Shown here: positions 61,956-64,000 of the stretch, in pieces
Layout: every line of letters begins with the position of its first letter
Numbering within the stretch: the stretch's first letter is position 1
Assembly: GCA_016931155.1 (NCBI GenBank)
Contig: JAFGFJ010000010.1
Span: 564 to 64,563, forward strand
Origin: Candidatus Dojkabacteria bacterium
Lineage (GTDB): Bacteria > Patescibacteriota > Dojkabacteria > B142 > JAFGFJ01
Direction: 5' to 3'
Length of the DNA stretch: 64,000 nt
Notes under the pieces: generated by a model
What the model was told of the DNA's origin: nothing
The model's input: the letters and a program-made list of their open reading frames with translations, nothing else
Database searches by the model: none
Position numbers and translations under genes: made by a program

Positions 61956-63983
61956 TCATGTTCTAAATACTCTATCTTTGTCCTCCTTTTTTTTTAATTT
62001 TCCCATCAAATATCCGATGCCAGCAACAGAAAATCTTAGACTATTATAAAATAGAACACCTAGAGCCAAATCAGGTCTCAAAATAAATCTATAAAACTTT
62101 CTCAAATACGCAGGCTTAATCGGTGACTTCTGTGCAAAAGTTAGCTCAGCCAACTTGCCTCCACTCCTTCTTTTCTCACCGACCATCGTCTTTCCATAAA
62201 AATAGTATTTGTTAATAATATCCTTTATAGTTCTTGGTTCCCCAAGATGCAGTTCCTTTTCCGTTATAAAGCCTAGCCTGAAATCCGCCTCTCTCAAACG
62301 ATTGTAGATATCATAATCCTCTGCTGCAATAAGAGCCTCATCAAATCCTTCTACTTTTTCGAAAGCCTTTTTCGTTAAGAATCTTGGAGAAATATTGTGA
62401 GTATCATATTCCAGAAAATCCCTCTCGAATTTTCTGATCTTTGCCCAATAACTGATCCTTGAATCTGATACATTATGTACTGCAATCATGTCGTATCCTC
62501 TTTCTTTTATACTCATTACAGCTGATTTCACAATATTTCCATTCAGCACTAAATCATCGTCAATAAAATACAAATACTTTCCACTTGCTACTTTTGCCCC
62601 TCTATTCTTCTGTGCCGATCTTCCTCTGTCTACCCATTTGAGAACCTTAGCTCCAAATTGTTTGGCTATCTTCACACTGTTATCCTTTGATCCACCATCT
62701 ACCACAATTATTTCAATATTTTTGTATGTCTGCTTCTTCACTGATTCAAGACACCTTTCTAGAAATTTTTCGGAATTGAGTACAGGAATAATTACAGAAA
62801 CAAGTTCCTGACGTGAGAGATTAACCACTGCATCCATACCAAAATTATCTCTTATTTGAGAACCAGCAACATTTTCGTACAATTTTTCATAAACTATCTT
62901 TTCGAATTCATCAGCACTATCATCAAAACTAAATTTCTTACTATCTTTCAATCCACCGAGCTGCAATTTCTCATACAAGTCCTTATCCAGAAACAATCTT
63001 TTGGCCGCCGTTGCAAGGGAATCCGGAGTTCGTGTGATCGTGAGAAGTCCATTTTTATAGTGCTTTATTGAATCCCTGAAACCGTAAACATTGTATGCGA
63101 CAGTGGGAGTACCAAGCGCATTCGACTCATTTACAACAAGCCCCCAACCTTCTTTCACTGAGGTGCCAAGATTCAGCCAAGAGCGGGAGATGAGAGCATC
63201 ACGCTCATGATCCGGCAAGAATCCCACAAATTCTACAAAATTATCGAGTCGCAGCTCCCAGACTTTTTTCTTTAAAAACTCATAGTATGAACCTTGATTT
63301 CTGCCAAGAATGTAGAATTTAAGACGGGGAAAATCCTTTCTCAAGATATTCACTGCCTCAAGTTGATCTTCAACCCTTTTCATTCTGCGGATTCCTCCAA
63401 AATAAACAAGAGAGGGGAATTCCGTCTTCTGAGGAAGCTTTTCAAGTGGTTTTTGAGAAATACCCATCGGAACAATACGTATATTTCTATCATCGATCCC
63501 GTTTCTGACCAAATTAACTTTTGTTGAGTTTGAGATTGTTATAAATCGATCTTCTGCGTATAAACTCCCGAGTAGAAATTTCTCAAGTAATAATCCAATA
63601 AGATTTAGTGGGAAGTACATCATTTTGAACCAGATTTCTTTTCCAGCAACTTCATAAATCATTGCAATTCGTCTGCTCTTTTTGACATATAGAGAAGTCA
63701 AAAATGAAAATGCATGGAAATTATCAACCACAAGATCAAATGCTCGGAAGTTTTTCAAGTAGTATAAGAATGCGGCAAAAACAGTTCCCACTCTGGTTCC
63801 TCTTCTTACAACACTAATCCCATTCTGAACCTCAGTTTTCGAAGAACCTCTGTATCTGTGAGCAAACCATGTAACTTCATGTCCCCTATCACAAAGTCTT
63901 TTCAGAATTTCATAGCTTAGTTTTTCCGCTCCACCGGATGCAGGATTTTTTCTATCGTACCAGCTCAGGAATAAGATTCTCAT
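61956..63983 (-). CDS. GT4-GT2 fusion glycosyltransferase
   Basis: N-terminal GT4 (SGGAE, KEGWGLVVNE) and C-terminal GT2 (VSVIIPVLN, VVDGGSKD, FIDDD, AEDYD). Confidence 0.92.
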   Translation of the reverse strand: MRILFLSWYDRKNPASGGAEKLSYEILKRLCDRGHEVTWFAHRYRGSSKTEVQNGISVVRRGTRVGTVFAAFLYYLKNFRAFDLVVDNFHAFSFLTSLYVKKSRRIAMIYEVAGKEIWFKMMYFPLNLIGLLLEKFLLGSLYAEDRFITISNSTKVNLVRNGIDDRNIRIVPMGISQKPLEKLPQKTEFPSLVYFGGIRRMKRVEDQLEAVNILRKDFPRLKFYILGRNQGSYYEFLKKKVWELRLDNFVEFVGFLPDHERDALISRSWLNLGTSVKEGWGLVVNESNALGTPTVAYNVYGFRDSIKHYKNGLLTITRTPDSLATAAKRLFLDKDLYEKLQLGGLKDSKKFSFDDSADEFEKIVYEKLYENVAGSQIRDNFGMDAVVNLSRQELVSVIIPVLNSEKFLERCLESVKKQTYKNIEIIVVDGGSKDNSVKIAKQFGAKVLKWVDRGRSAQKNRGAKVASGKYLYFIDDDLVLNGNIVKSAVMSIKERGYDMIAVHNVSDSRISYWAKIRKFERDFLEYDTHNISPRFLTKKAFEKVEGFDEALIAAEDYDIYNRLREADFRLGFITEKELHLGEPRTIKDIINKYYFYGKTMVGEKRRSGGKLAELTFAQKSPIKPAYLRKFYRFILRPDLALGVLFYNSLRFSVAGIGYLMGKLKKKEDKDRVFRT

Positions 63984-64000
63984 TTAGATCAAAAAATAGC

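Overview
A 64-kb chromosomal segment of an AT-rich bacterium, most likely a CPR/Patescibacteria member. Dojkabacteria/Microgenomates-like affinity is inferred from a divergent 16S 530-loop, an ATP-dependent DNA ligase, a TrbC/VirB2-type pilin array and CPR-type Clp and VirD4-like proteins. The left end is a minus-strand rRNA operon (16S, tRNA-Ile, tRNA-Ala, partial 23S); the 23S carries a group I intron at the L1917 site encoding an apparently shortened LAGLIDADG endonuclease. Housekeeping genes follow: ligase, polA, ftsH, trpS, ftsB-like, xer, smpB, sbcCD-like, a UvrD-nuclease fusion and a Clp ATPase, plus three more tRNAs. A seven-gene pilin cluster and a surface-glycosylation/adhesin region make up the rest. 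Highlights: (1) a complete transcriptional Trp T-box riboswitch with an ultra-short Stem I upstream of trpS; (2) tRNA-Ile with a UAU anticodon; (3) three dif-like 11-6-11 sites, two tandem next to the Xer gene/tRNA and one 11 kb away; (4) a G8 tract whose +1 slip would fuse a Cys-rich domain onto a pilin; (5) several genes with a -10 box 5-6 nt before the ATG (leaderless architecture); (6) a recurring TCCCGA..TCGGGA hairpin and insertions in the rRNA operon. All calls come from reading the sequence by eye; no database searches were run.
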